Source of the DNA: Dimorphilus gyrociliatus
Lineage: Eukaryota > Animalia > Annelida
NCBI GenBank assembly: GCA_904063045.1
Contig: CAJFCJ010000022.1
Coordinates: 372,001-436,000, forward strand
DNA: 64,000 nt
Reading direction: 5' to 3'
A program made the translations under genes and the position numbers. The notes under the pieces were generated by a model. That model was not told where the DNA came from and ran no database searches. It saw only the letters and a list, made by a program, of their open reading frames with translations. Positions 33,357 to 45,143 of the stretch are shown one piece after another (position 1 is the first letter of the stretch; the number at the start of each line of letters is the position of its first letter).

Positions 33357-36300
33357 TTAACAATAAGATTTTGTTGGTTCATTGTAACATTGGCTGAAGA
33401 CTATCGTCTTTTTCATTTCATTCGGATTATCTAAATCACGATATGTGTAAATGTCCCTTAAAGTACCAGATGTTTCAGGTTTATCATGAAATTTACATTC
33501 GCTGTCTATATTTCTCCAAGAGTAGAGCCGACAATTTGCTGTATTACGACAAGTTTGACCGCAGTCCTTTAAAGAATGTATATCTGCTCTTAGAAGGGCG
33601 TTGGCTGGTAATTGGAAATCGGAAAGAATTCTTCGCGAGATATCTGTATTGAAAAGGGTAAAAAACAGATGAAACTGCAAAAATTTCATTGAAAATGTTT
33701 TGTTACCTCCTCTCTGGTACCTTCCAAATATTTTTACTGTCATAGAATCAGGAGAAGAAGACTTAATAATTGTTACATATTTAATTAAGTGAGGTGAGTA
33801 TATCGTATATAAATTTTCCATTCTCTTGTCTTGAATACCATACTTACTTGAATTATAACTAAATAATACAATTTGACTGTCATTTGTACATTCTTCAATT
33901 CTGCAGTCTAATTGTCTACCAAGAACTTCATAGTATTGAATATCAATTGATGGTTGAATAGCTAATGATGTTATATTTGAAAATGTATCCAGCTCTATAA
34001 CTCCTTTACTTTCGAAAATGTTTTCAACTCTCAATAAAATTTCGTCACTATCTACTTTAATTTTCACTCCAATAAACTTGACTTCACATATTAGAACACG
34101 GTCAAACTGACTAAAAATATATAATCTATCGCCAAAAGAGTCTTCAACGCAATTTATTATGGTTACATAGTCTGATAAAGTTGTTTTTCCCGCGCAAAAT
34201 CTTCTCATATTATAAGGTTTCATAGCCTGAACATTTAAGTAGTTTTCGTAGTTCGATCCTATAACAGATACATCAATAATAGCACTGTGGTTCAAATGGG
34301 ATAACCATATTCTTTGAATTGTATAATAATCATCTAATTCATACATTATATATTGTGTCTCTCGTTTTAAATTATAGCAATAATCCTGAAGTGGTGGCAA
34401 CCAAAAATTATCATTCAATTTTTCAAGATAATCACAAGTTTTAGATTTTTCTTTCACTTCAACCGGTTCAATTCCTATTGTTGAATTGAATATACCATAA
34501 ATGTAAATTTCGCATATCTTAACAGATATTTCTTCTTTTCCACTCAATTCAATCGAGTTGGCAACAAAATTATCATCTAGTGTATAATTTTCATTTAGAT
34601 TTACATTTAACGACAAATTGTTATCTTTCCCAATCAACTTAACGATCATAACCACCAATTGCACTGGTTCACTTTTAATCTCTATTCTAATGATATTATA
34701 GTCAGCTGCAAAAAAACTATACCATATTCCGGATAATGTATGGCAAGTAAGCTCGTTATTATCGTTCAAAAAATATGAATTTTGAACGTTACTATCGTTT
34801 CTAATCAATGACAATTTATTTTTAACCACGTTAAGAATAGAGTCTTTTTTCGGCTTTTCTCTTATTTTATATGGTATAAACAATTTTTCATAATGACAGG
34901 GACCTAATCGCCTCCCATAAATTAGAACGTATAATAACACCATTGAATCGAATTTAGCGTGAATTCTTGCTACCTTACTCAAACCATAACAAGGCAACGC
35001 CATCCAACTGTTATTTCCTTTAAATTCAAAGGTAAAGGGTGATTCGCAGCTGTAATACATATTTCTTGAGATGTGGATACTAAAATTATATTTTCCAATA
35101 TCTTTTTTTTTAAAGAAAAAATTAATGAAATATAATATAAAGTATTGTTTATACTATTCACAATTCTTTATTGTATTGTTTACATTACCATTTAAGCTTA
35201 TCTTTAGAGCAACTAATTCTAGCAAATGCTCTTTTGTTAATGAAATCTCCAAATATTCCTTTAACTTCATAGAGAGATTGTTATCCATTGAGAATGGGAC
35301 ACTTTCACCTTCGGTCGTTAATTTTGATTTATACGCCAAGTTTATTGTCTGAATTGATATTTGGCATAAATAGTAACTTTCTGAGAAGAAAACTGTTATA
35401 TTGTCTTGTCCAATATTCTGATTGAAGCAAGTGACCTTCTTGTTACGTGGCTGACATTTAAAATCTTTCATATTAATACCAAAATCAGCTGTCAATAAAA
35501 TCAGCAGGAATGTAGGGCTCATATACTTTTATATATATTAGATACCTGAAAAAGATTCATTTCCGTCTATAGTTATTCGGTCAATCCATTTATTGTATGC
35601 AGATATATAAAATGCAGAATTTTCTGGTGAATATATACAAAACTTGTTCTTTTTCACAACTTTATCCACTGGAAATGTCTTACTTTGAAGGAGAAAAGAG
35701 ATAATTATTCAAACGTAAATTGAGAATATAAACAAACTTTTGATTGAAATAATTTATCTCTATGTGCTCCAGTGCTAAATTAGCTGTTGAGAATTCATGT
35801 GTAGGGATTCTTGAAATTCGTTCAACAAAAGGTGTCTTTTCTATAAAATCCAAACTTGACAATTCAACAATTCCGAAAGGTATCTTCCTATCTATGTAGC
35901 ATTTACTTTCCCATTTAGTTGCGTCATTTTCTATATAAAAAATTCACAGAAAGTGTCATATGAACGTGTAATTGATAATTGTATTACCTGTACTTGATGA
36001 TTTATTTAAAACGAAAATAATCCCATACGCTTCATCTATAAGATTTTCGGAACAAGGATTTATACTACTAGAATGTTCATCTAATATCCAATATAGTAGT
36101 TTATTTTTAATATCTATATTTGTCAATGTCGTTGACTTGTTTAAAATGACTTTTCCGGATGACCTCAAATGAGACTAAATGAAAAAAAAAGTTAAAAAGA
36201 AAGTTAAAAAAGAAACTGTTGTGACAAACGAAATGGTATAGTTAAGAACTTTTTGACTGTATTATGTTTTTTATACGTAAACAAAAACAAACAAAAAACA

Positions 36301-36450
36301 AACACTAACCCTTAGCAAATCGTCTTTAAAAATATCCAAAGTTGACAATTTCGTCTGAGTAAGATATGGAATTTGAGAAATATATAAATCCAATGAATGA
36401 CTGAGGGTAAGAGTATAGGAGAGGAGAAGAACGATATTTGTCCAAGTCAT
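33357..36450 (-). CDS. Secreted multi-module protein (about 877 aa): signal peptide, degenerate discoidin/F5-8/fucolectin-like beta-sandwich modules, C-terminal PAN/Apple domain
   Basis: Phase-consistent exons: 36450-36310, 36174-35988, 35930-35684, 35622-35546, 35488-35189, 35101-33707 (weak AAG acceptor) and 33643-33357. Signal peptide MTWTNIVLLLSYTLTLSHS. Modules end in ICEIYIYG, LICEVKFIG and similar. C-terminal SLKDCGQTCRNTANCRLYSWRNIDSEC fits the PAN cysteine pattern. Confidence 0.7.
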
Positions 36451-38241
36451 ATTAAGAGCCGAATGCCTTTGATTACTCGTTAGGTATCGATGACGTAAAC
36501 AGAAATTAATATATCAATATGACAAAACGTACTGAAATGTAAAACTTTAGCTTTTCAGATCGACTATTTATATATAAACAAAGTGAAAAATCGAAAGGAA
36601 ATGTATTTAATTAGTTGACATACGTAAAAAAGAATGTAATAATAGATCATAGAGCAAAGTTTTCCATAACTATAAATACTAAAAAAAAAGGAAAACACAA
36701 ATAATAACAAATACTAAAGACGTCAAAACAAAAGGAAAGTGTACTTAGTTATCCTCCATTCTATAAGAATCTGATAGATTCTTAGGTGATAAAATATATA
36801 TATCAATACATAGTATATATCATCCCTTTATTGAATTGTAATTTTAGATATTAACGTAGGAGTTATTAAAAATTTAGACCTTATTTTGTCAATAATATGA
36901 TAAATAAGAGGATATTTTTCGATTTTGTTTTTATTGATGATTTATTCACGATTTCAAAAACTAGTCTATTATTATACGATTCTTTTATATTATTTAATTT
37001 TTACATTCTATATCATTTTTCATTTACAATACTTTTGTATCTTGAAGAAAGCATGGAAGGAGAAAGCGATTTAAAGTTAAATACTTCAAGTATCTTACCA
37101 ATTGAATGCAAAAATGAACATTTTCTTCATATTTCAGCACTTATATTATGTCTATTTATTCATTTAATATAAGAAAAAGTGTATACAATATACGTTAATT
37201 CTGCCGAAACCGAAATACATGTTGTATACATACATAGATATTTATAGAGATATCTGACTGCTTTCCTTTAGTACAATACTCAATACGTAATTTATTCAAG
37301 ATAACTAAGGAAACAGGCTTCTACAAACATCCGAAACAGTTATTGAATTCTGCCAAAGAACATTCAATTATTTATTCAATCTTGTGAAAATAAATGAAAG
37401 ATCTCGCTTATCTTTATATTTTAATGAGTGCGGAAAGTTAATTTATACGTCAGCTAATTAAATATTTTTACTGTATATCTATGTATTCTATTTATTTCTT
37501 TATCTCCTTAACATCTTGAGCTTTTTTAAACAATCGTCTTCTTGCCCTTTAACTATTAACGAAACGAACTTTGGTATTGAAACTTTTATAGTCAATAGAT
37601 GGCGATACACTAATGTTTTTAAAGTAGAAAATAGACTTCTAGCGGTAAAAGTTATTGTTGATTAGGTATGACCTACTGTCTTTCAATGTTAACGATTGTA
37701 GGTTATGTCTAAACTACAGACAAAAAATATAAACTTGCACATTATAAATTAATAGCAAGTTTAACTGAAATGAGTATTAGGCCACCATCTCCCTACCGTT
37801 AAATTCCCTGAATCATCAATTATCTCTCTTCTTTATATCAAGTAAAATGCACTAAACCTATACATTATATATAATAGGAATAATTATGTAGTTGTATTTC
37901 TAACGGAAATTTAAATATACTTTTAAATATCTTGGTTCCTTCGGAAATGTACTCATTGGGCGTAACAAAGTATAAATTTATACTGTATAGATATAACATA
38001 TATAATATATATATATAGCGTTATCGATGACTCATTTTACCCATAAAATTGACTATCTTTTATTATAAAATTATGCTCTATGAAACGTAGACGTAACCAT
38101 TGTTATCGCTTGAATGAAAATACCTGGTTTGTATGCACTCTGTTTAGTGACTGTTTTTATAGTTACCAAAAAGCAGACGACACACTAGCGGGAATGAATA
38201 AAACGATATTTGTGCTGAAGAAATCGGTGCGTTAACATAAA

Positions 38242-39160
38242 ATGAGTACTTTTACTCGAAATCCTTGGCAATTTAAAGTGTTACTTTTTTGTATGTTACC
38301 TGTGACTTTTATAGTGCAGGCTGTTGTTACTGGAAGTAATCATTGGCTACATTATGGTTCTTCTTTTAGCTCAATATATTCTCGCCAAGAAGTGGGATTA
38401 TTTAAAATTTGTGTAACAGTGAGTGGTGCATTTGGTATATCATCGTGCCGATCTTTAGAAAATCCAACAGGTAAATTACTTTTCTCTATGATATTTATAT
38501 ATATAACTGATTTGCGATTATTTGTTTAACTGATAAAGTACTTACATGTTAAATTAAATATTAAATTTTACTTATACAGACTGGCTAAAAAGTGTTCGAG
38601 CCATGATGATACTATCAACTCTCATGATTGTCGTGTCTGGAATATTTTCACTTTTAATCAACTGTTCGGAACAGCCAAGATATCCTCTCAATAAAAATAT
38701 TTTGGGTATTCTATGTTCAGTTACAGCATTTCTTACGGCAATTGGTTGGATAGTTTTCGTAGCAAAAATAGGCTCAAGCGGGAGAGAGCACCTTCACGCC
38801 TGTTTTGGTTTAGCTATTATATCTACAATTTTTTCGGTTATTAACGCTTGTCTGGCCTTCAAATCTTCACCACCGAAAGCGGCACCACCATGTGTAGCAG
38901 TTGTACAAGGACAAACGGTTGGCGGCTATCCAACAAACGGTGGACCAGTTATCATTCAAACTTCATCGCAAATACACACACAAGCTCCTCCACAGTATCC
39001 TTCACAACCCCCATACGGTCAAAATCCACTGGTTCATCCACCTCCTTATCAACCGCCAATGCAGAATCAACAGCCAGTATATAATCAGCCTCCGTATCAA
39101 CCTTACACCAAGGGTTCAAATCACGAAATACCACCGTATCCCGTAAACCAATTCCCCTAA
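38242..39160 (+). CDS. Claudin/PMP22-superfamily tetraspan protein (paralog B) with P/Q/Y-rich cytoplasmic tail, 269 aa
   Basis: Exons 38242-38470 and 38580-39160, phase-1 intron (GTAAAT...ACAG). Motifs W...GLFKIC...C and WLKSVRAM, four TM segments, and a tail containing PPQY and PPPY. Confidence 0.88.
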
Positions 39161-39291
39161 AACTAAATACCATGTTACAAATATCAAGGTCAAACTAGGC
39201 CGAAATGCTTTTTTTACTATTTCTAGTTCATTACTAAAATACTTGATTTTATAAATAAAATTATAAACCCATGATATTATTCAATATTTAA

Positions 39292-39297
<6 letters not shown>

Positions 39298-39326
<29 letters not shown>
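39298..39326. repeat. (AG)n microsatellite
   Basis: Perfect AG run, read directly. Confidence 0.85.
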
Positions 39327-39332
<6 letters not shown>

Positions 39333-39629
39333 GGATAATACAACCTTGAAACACAATACGTGACGTATGTGTCAAAAGAGGTTAAGAAACTCTTAGAAAT
39401 GAATACAAACTCATAATATTTTATTAGTTTCATAGCAACTTCAGTTATTCTAAGTGTAAGGTTTTGGAGCTTAGGTGCACTGGAATTTCCGCCAAATTTT
39501 ATGGTTTCAGTGTTGCAGACAAAACACAGAGTCAAACCGCTTACCAGCAATGAATGGGATTTGCTAAGAAAGTATTCGCATATAACGACCAATACAAGTA
39601 CGCTAGCTTCAACCGAACATAAGTTATTA

Positions 39630-40200
39630 CCAAAATTCTCCTGACCAATTTTATTATGACTGCAAAAAGTGTAAACAAAGGAAAAGTTAAGGGCAGATAC
39701 ATGGAAATAAAATTAGCCTGTTCAGGTGTTGATAATCTTATGATGTCGCACTTCTAGAATTAGCCGAATAAAGTTTAATTTTCCCGATATATGATTGGTA
39801 GTCCCAATCAAAATGTAGAGGTGAATGAATCCTATTTTTTTAAGGCGAAAAACAAGGATACAGATATTACGAGGAAATATTAGGGACTCTCGTGATGTTT
39901 TCTTGCAAGCAGCAAGAAGGGATAGGGGAACTTTGTCCACGGAGGTTGTTAACTGTATGAAGGAGGCTAGAAAGAAAATTCAGGCATTTTCGTTGCATAA
40001 AGCTAGACCAAGATAATTTTTCTGTATATAAACATTACGTCGCTTTCTATTAAAACATCTTTAATAATTTTATCTGCCAAAGCATCTCTTTCTAACGAAA
40101 CTCTAAGACAAATACAGTATATAAAAGTTACTGTGGTGACAAATGGTGAAGACTTGCTACGGGGTTTATCGTTGAAATCGTAGAGTAAGTATTTCATTTA
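39630..40200 (+). mobile_element. Decayed Merlin/IS1595(ISXO2)-like DDE transposase relic
   Basis: Frameshifted, stop-interrupted pieces appear in the expected order: YYDCKKCKQRKS (Zn ribbon), IGSPNQNVEVNESYFFKAK (cf. IGGPGxxVEIDESKFGKRK) and GNIRDSRDVFLQAARRDRGTL (cf. GGIERxSxKxFLVxVxDRxxxTL). No terminal inverted repeats were identified. Confidence 0.55.
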
Positions 40201-42255
40201 GTTAATAAGAAAAATTATAACCAAGTTTTAGTAAGTCCCATAGCCACATGACTATGCGTTGTCGCCAGCAGTCGGGCTAATTTTAAAAAGAAATTTTAAT
40301 CCGATAGAGGGAGCTACAAAGTTGATGTTATAAAATATTGATTGCACCGTTCAAAACTTTTACATCGTAATATGATAGAATTTTCCAAGAAATGAATATT
40401 TTGAATAAATTAAGAGCAAATGAAATATTCTAAAGTTACAAGGTTTGCAAAGAATAGATTAAAAATTTTAAAAACATAGAAAACATTTAAACTAATACAG
40501 TATATCGTAAGCGTTTACTTAACTATGATATACTGTATACACGTATGTACGTACTGTTTATTATATGGATACACTGTATATGTATACCGCAAAATTCTTT
40601 TATAAATGATTAGCTCCATCAATAGCTTCTATACTTCATAGAGAATAATTCAAACAAAAAAGAAGCGTTTTTTTTCAAGTGCTTATGAATATTCATAATT
40701 GATTTTTGAAATACAAATGAAAATAATTTTTTTCTATTCTTCACTTTCTTTCCATCAACGCCTACAAATTTTCTACTGTCAGCAGTTTTTTCCATGTTTT
40801 TTTCATTATTTTTTTAGTCGAAACAAGAGATATTCGCATTATATTACTTCATCGTTTTCCATCTAACTTTTGTTGATAGTTTGTTAATTTCTAATGATTT
40901 CGATTGCTAACCCTTTCCACAAAGACACATACAATAAGAAGCTATATTAATTTTTATAGTTTATAAGCTTGATTGGTTTTTAATTATTTTCACAATGCCA
41001 TTCAATCCCTTTGAACAATACTACACTCATTTTTTTTCTTTTCTCATATATTATCTTTAGTTCCTTGCTATCTATGCCAGAATTTATAACGAAAATGTCA
41101 ATATGAGTTATTAATTAACCTTTGAGGAAAAAAAGAAATGAAAAGAAAGAGGGAAACAAAGAGAAAGAGAGAGAGGTAGAAAGAAATAAATAAAGGAGGG
41201 GAGGATAGATAGATAGAATTAGTATGCATGATTTTAAATAAATCAAATGAAAATTCTAAAGAAAAAGGTGATGGTTTATGAAAAGAAAGATTATTTCAAC
41301 AATAAATATTTCAACGAATGGCTGCACTTAAAAAAGAAATTTTACCCTTTTTACCCATTTTCTATTACAATTTTGATCTATAGAAAGGAAAAGAAAGAAA
41401 CATATTTAATTTATTTGACAAAGTGATAAGGAGATGTTTTTTAATATTTTATAATGATATTCATTTGTTAGAAGGATAAAAAGTTGTAATTGAGAGTTGC
41501 TTATGCTTTCTATTAGCGAGCTTGAGAGAGCGAGAGAGAAAGAGAGAGAGAGAAGAAGAAGAGGAAGAAGACAAAGAGGAAAAGTGATATAGTTAGTGCT
41601 TAGGCGTGTCTTTAGAAAAATTAATCTATCTCCCATAATATAAAAAAGATTCTAATCTATGTTGATAAATGCTGTGTCATTTTCTTTCTTTCTATCCACT
41701 GAAATTCTCCTTTCCTAAAAGAATTGAATTCATCAGTAAAACAATAGTCATAATGACAACTGCAAAACTGCAAAGTATAGACGTGTATAAAAGCTATTAA
41801 AAACTATTGTGCCTAATTATCTGTTGTCTAACTATTAATTTGCATATTTTATAGTCTTCTTCTTCATCCCTTTATTTAATGAATACATTAAAAAATTTTT
41901 TATATTAAACAATAAAGAAAAATCTCATGAAAAAAATTTGTTTAAAACGATAATATCTTCTATAGTTTCATGATTCTTCAATTACTTCTGAAGGCCTACA
42001 ATTGTAATTTAAAATACGAATATTTCATGACTAACAACATTTTATTTTTATGCTGAGGAAAAAGACTGTTGCTTTATGAATCAGATAAGAATAGGCTGTA
42101 GAAACATGAATGCATGTGTGATGCAAACTGGGATTGATTCATTTGCAGATGAAGAGAGTAATACTAAAACAGTCTCTTTTACGTCGAAGTGAGAAATGTT
42201 TTAAATAAGAAGGTAGAAAAATAGGGAAAAGAGAAGAAATACCTTATTGTTTGTT

Positions 42256-44094
42256 ATGATTTTTGGAAGATGCCTGATTATTTCGTTATTTTTATTTATG
42301 GATTATTACATGACTTCTTGTTATGAATTGACGAATTTTTATAGAGAGTTTGACAACAAGCAGAGGGGTAATGAAGATCACGTGAATTGTAAAGATTCGG
42401 CCACCATCCTTCGAATTATATCGCTCTCAAACAGTTGGAGTCATTTCACAACTTTAAAAATCAATTGTGAAAATGTTAAAAAAATAATTTTTAAACCTGA
42501 TTTCAATCAGTCTATAAGGAATTTAAAGATTAAGAGTTCAATAGAAACCTTTTCTTCATCGTTTAAAGGAAAAGTTCATAATCTGGAAATATATAAACGT
42601 AAAGCTTTTGTCTCTTATTCAGCTTTCTTGGAAAGCTTGAAAAACATAAGTCTAAATCACTTGACCATTATTATCTTTTCATCTTATATTAGCTTGAGTC
42701 TAGACTCATCACAAGATCTATGCGACAATATGAAGTTGGAAAGCTTCTATCTAAATGCAAGGGTTAATCTTTGCGAATTTAAATTCAACTTTTGTAAAGA
42801 AACTTTAAAAACTGTCTACTTGAATGTAAATTGTCAATCATTTTCAATTTCTGAAGATTTGAATCAGTTGAAAAGTCTGGCTATTCGAAGCAAATCGAAA
42901 AGGATTTCTCTAACTTCTATTAATCTTCCTCAAAGAAAGAAACTGAAGGAATTATCTTGTAGATTTTGCGGATTAGAAAATTTGGAAATGAATTTTTCCA
43001 GTATAGAAAAGCTTGATTTAAGTTTTAATAAATTCCAGTCTATACCCAACATTTCTGGAAATAATTTAAAGAGTTTAAACCTCTCTTACAATGCAATTAC
43101 CACCTTTAGTGTCCCCAGAACGTTGACTCATTTGGAAACTCTCGATTTATCAAATAATGAACTATCAAACATGGCTCAATCGTCTCATGTAACAGAACTA
43201 TTGCGCAGAAATCAGAGCGGATTGATTAACATAAATTTAAATAAAAACAGGTTATTATGCAACTGCGATATGAATTATATGATTGTCGGATATCAACTAT
43301 TAAATAGGAAATCGACTGATAGTTTCTACGGAAAATGTAATTTTAACGGTCAAGATTATTCAACGTCTATAAAATTAAACGCCATAACGAAATATAATAA
43401 AGTTGATAAGTCGACATTTGAGATAAAATCAACAAAAGACAAATCCGATTCAACATTGATAAGCTGTATGGTTAAAGGATGTTCTCGATACGCTGTAGTT
43501 AATTTTACATTTTTTAGATATTCTTTTCAAAATCGCTTTAAAAAATATCTAAAGAGATCCTATCGTATGCCTTATATAGAAATTCGTAATTCTACTGGTT
43601 TCGTTGAAAGGAAATATAAATGCTCTGAATTACATAAAACCGACTATTTTGAGTGCGTCTTCTCCACTAAAAATCAAACATTTAGAGCGTCTACCAAGAA
43701 GATCAGCTGCTTCTCTCACGATGATCAACAACAAAATCAGCTTTTGACCTTTATTATTCCAGTATCTGTTGGAACTCTTGTTGTCTTTGGGCTCATTGTC
43801 GTTTGTTCAGTATCAAAGAAAGTTTACACTAGAAGTCGTCTCAAGAAATTTATTATTATGTTGAAAATAGGGAGACTTTCCCATCCGGAACCCGAGATTG
43901 AAGCCGAAGTTTCCGAAAGGCAAAATTCCGATAGTGAACCCCCCGAGTACCATTCGGAAGATGGAAGAGAAATACCTACCGTATCTCAAACTTGCCCCCG
44001 AGTAACACTGGACGTTATAAAGCCGCCTAGTTACGAAACGGTTCAATTCTATATGAACTCGAGTCCACCCGCCTATAGTAGTGTTAGTAATTGA
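42256..44094 (+). CDS. Intronless type I membrane leucine-rich-repeat receptor-like protein, 612 aa, no TIR domain
   Basis: Single ORF from the first ATG at 42256. Signal peptide; LRRs IEKLDLSFNKF, LKSLNLSYNAI and LETLDLSNNEL; LRRCT NRLLCNCDM; TM LLTFIIPVSVGTLVVFGLIVVCSV; tail with PPEY, PPSY and PPAY. Confidence 0.9.
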   Translation: MIFGRCLIISLFLFMDYYMTSCYELTNFYREFDNKQRGNEDHVNCKDSATILRIISLSNSWSHFTTLKINCENVKKIIFKPDFNQSIRNLKIKSSIETFSSSFKGKVHNLEIYKRKAFVSYSAFLESLKNISLNHLTIIIFSSYISLSLDSSQDLCDNMKLESFYLNARVNLCEFKFNFCKETLKTVYLNVNCQSFSISEDLNQLKSLAIRSKSKRISLTSINLPQRKKLKELSCRFCGLENLEMNFSSIEKLDLSFNKFQSIPNISGNNLKSLNLSYNAITTFSVPRTLTHLETLDLSNNELSNMAQSSHVTELLRRNQSGLININLNKNRLLCNCDMNYMIVGYQLLNRKSTDSFYGKCNFNGQDYSTSIKLNAITKYNKVDKSTFEIKSTKDKSDSTLISCMVKGCSRYAVVNFTFFRYSFQNRFKKYLKRSYRMPYIEIRNSTGFVERKYKCSELHKTDYFECVFSTKNQTFRASTKKISCFSHDDQQQNQLLTFIIPVSVGTLVVFGLIVVCSVSKKVYTRSRLKKFIIMLKIGRLSHPEPEIEAEVSERQNSDSEPPEYHSEDGREIPTVSQTCPRVTLDVIKPPSYETVQFYMNSSPPAYSSVSN

Positions 44095-45143
44095 GAATGC
44101 TACCCTATACGATAAAACAAACAAGAAGAAAAAGAGAGGGTGTACAAGTTTAAAATATAAAAATAGCTAGGCAGGTGAAAAAGGATTGAATGTTGTGAAT
44201 ACTTATACAGTAATATATTTGTAAGAGTTAGCACTTATTATTAATGTAAATCATTGAAATTTTTATTAAGTAAATTAATGTATATCATGAAAATGTTTTG
44301 TACTTGGAGTTTGTTTATGCTTTTTGTTTCGTTCATAATAAATATAATATACCTGACCGTGTATGAATAATCTTTTCTCTTCTCTTTCATATTGTATAGC
44401 AAATTAATACTCCTATATTTCCTACATTGTTTGTTTCATTTGAAACAAGCAATTTCTAATATGATAATTTAATATCATAAATTGCATAAGTCGTGTGTAA
44501 AGTGATACGAATTTATTATAGTTAAACATAATTAAGGTCTGTCTTTGTCTCTCTCTCTCTCTCTCTCTTTGCCTCTATCTATCTAGCTATCTGTCTATAT
44601 ATCTATCCATATATCTCTTTCTCTCTCCCTCCCACTTGCATAAATATAAAAAAAGTACCGGTTGTCTGTCTGTTTTTCTACCTGTCTCTTTGTCCGTCAG
44701 TCATCTTTTCGTTCTATTTCTTTTCATTTGTCTTTCTTTCAAGAGAGACAGACAAAATCTTCTTTCAATAACAAAATAGGAAAGCTAAACATTAATAATT
44801 ACAGTAGAAAATGGGAAAAACGTTTTCAATTCAAATGCCACTCCTTCTTCTAATTCTATTCAGTTGTCTTTTCTTCTGATATCTTTGCTCTTGAATTCAT
44901 TATCTTTTTTAGGGGAAAAAGAAGGAAAACAATAACGAAATATCAATAGATTTCATCAAACTCTAATTAAATAAAAGAAGCTGAAGTATCACATCAAAAA
45001 TCAAATGAAAAAAAATAAGGCAAGAAAGTAAAATATTAATAGAAAATTAATGTAAAAATGAACAGAGAATTAATCAAGTGAGATGGTTAAAGTTTTACGC
45101 AACGATGAGGAGAATCAAGTTCAATTTTTTTTAATTAGATTAA

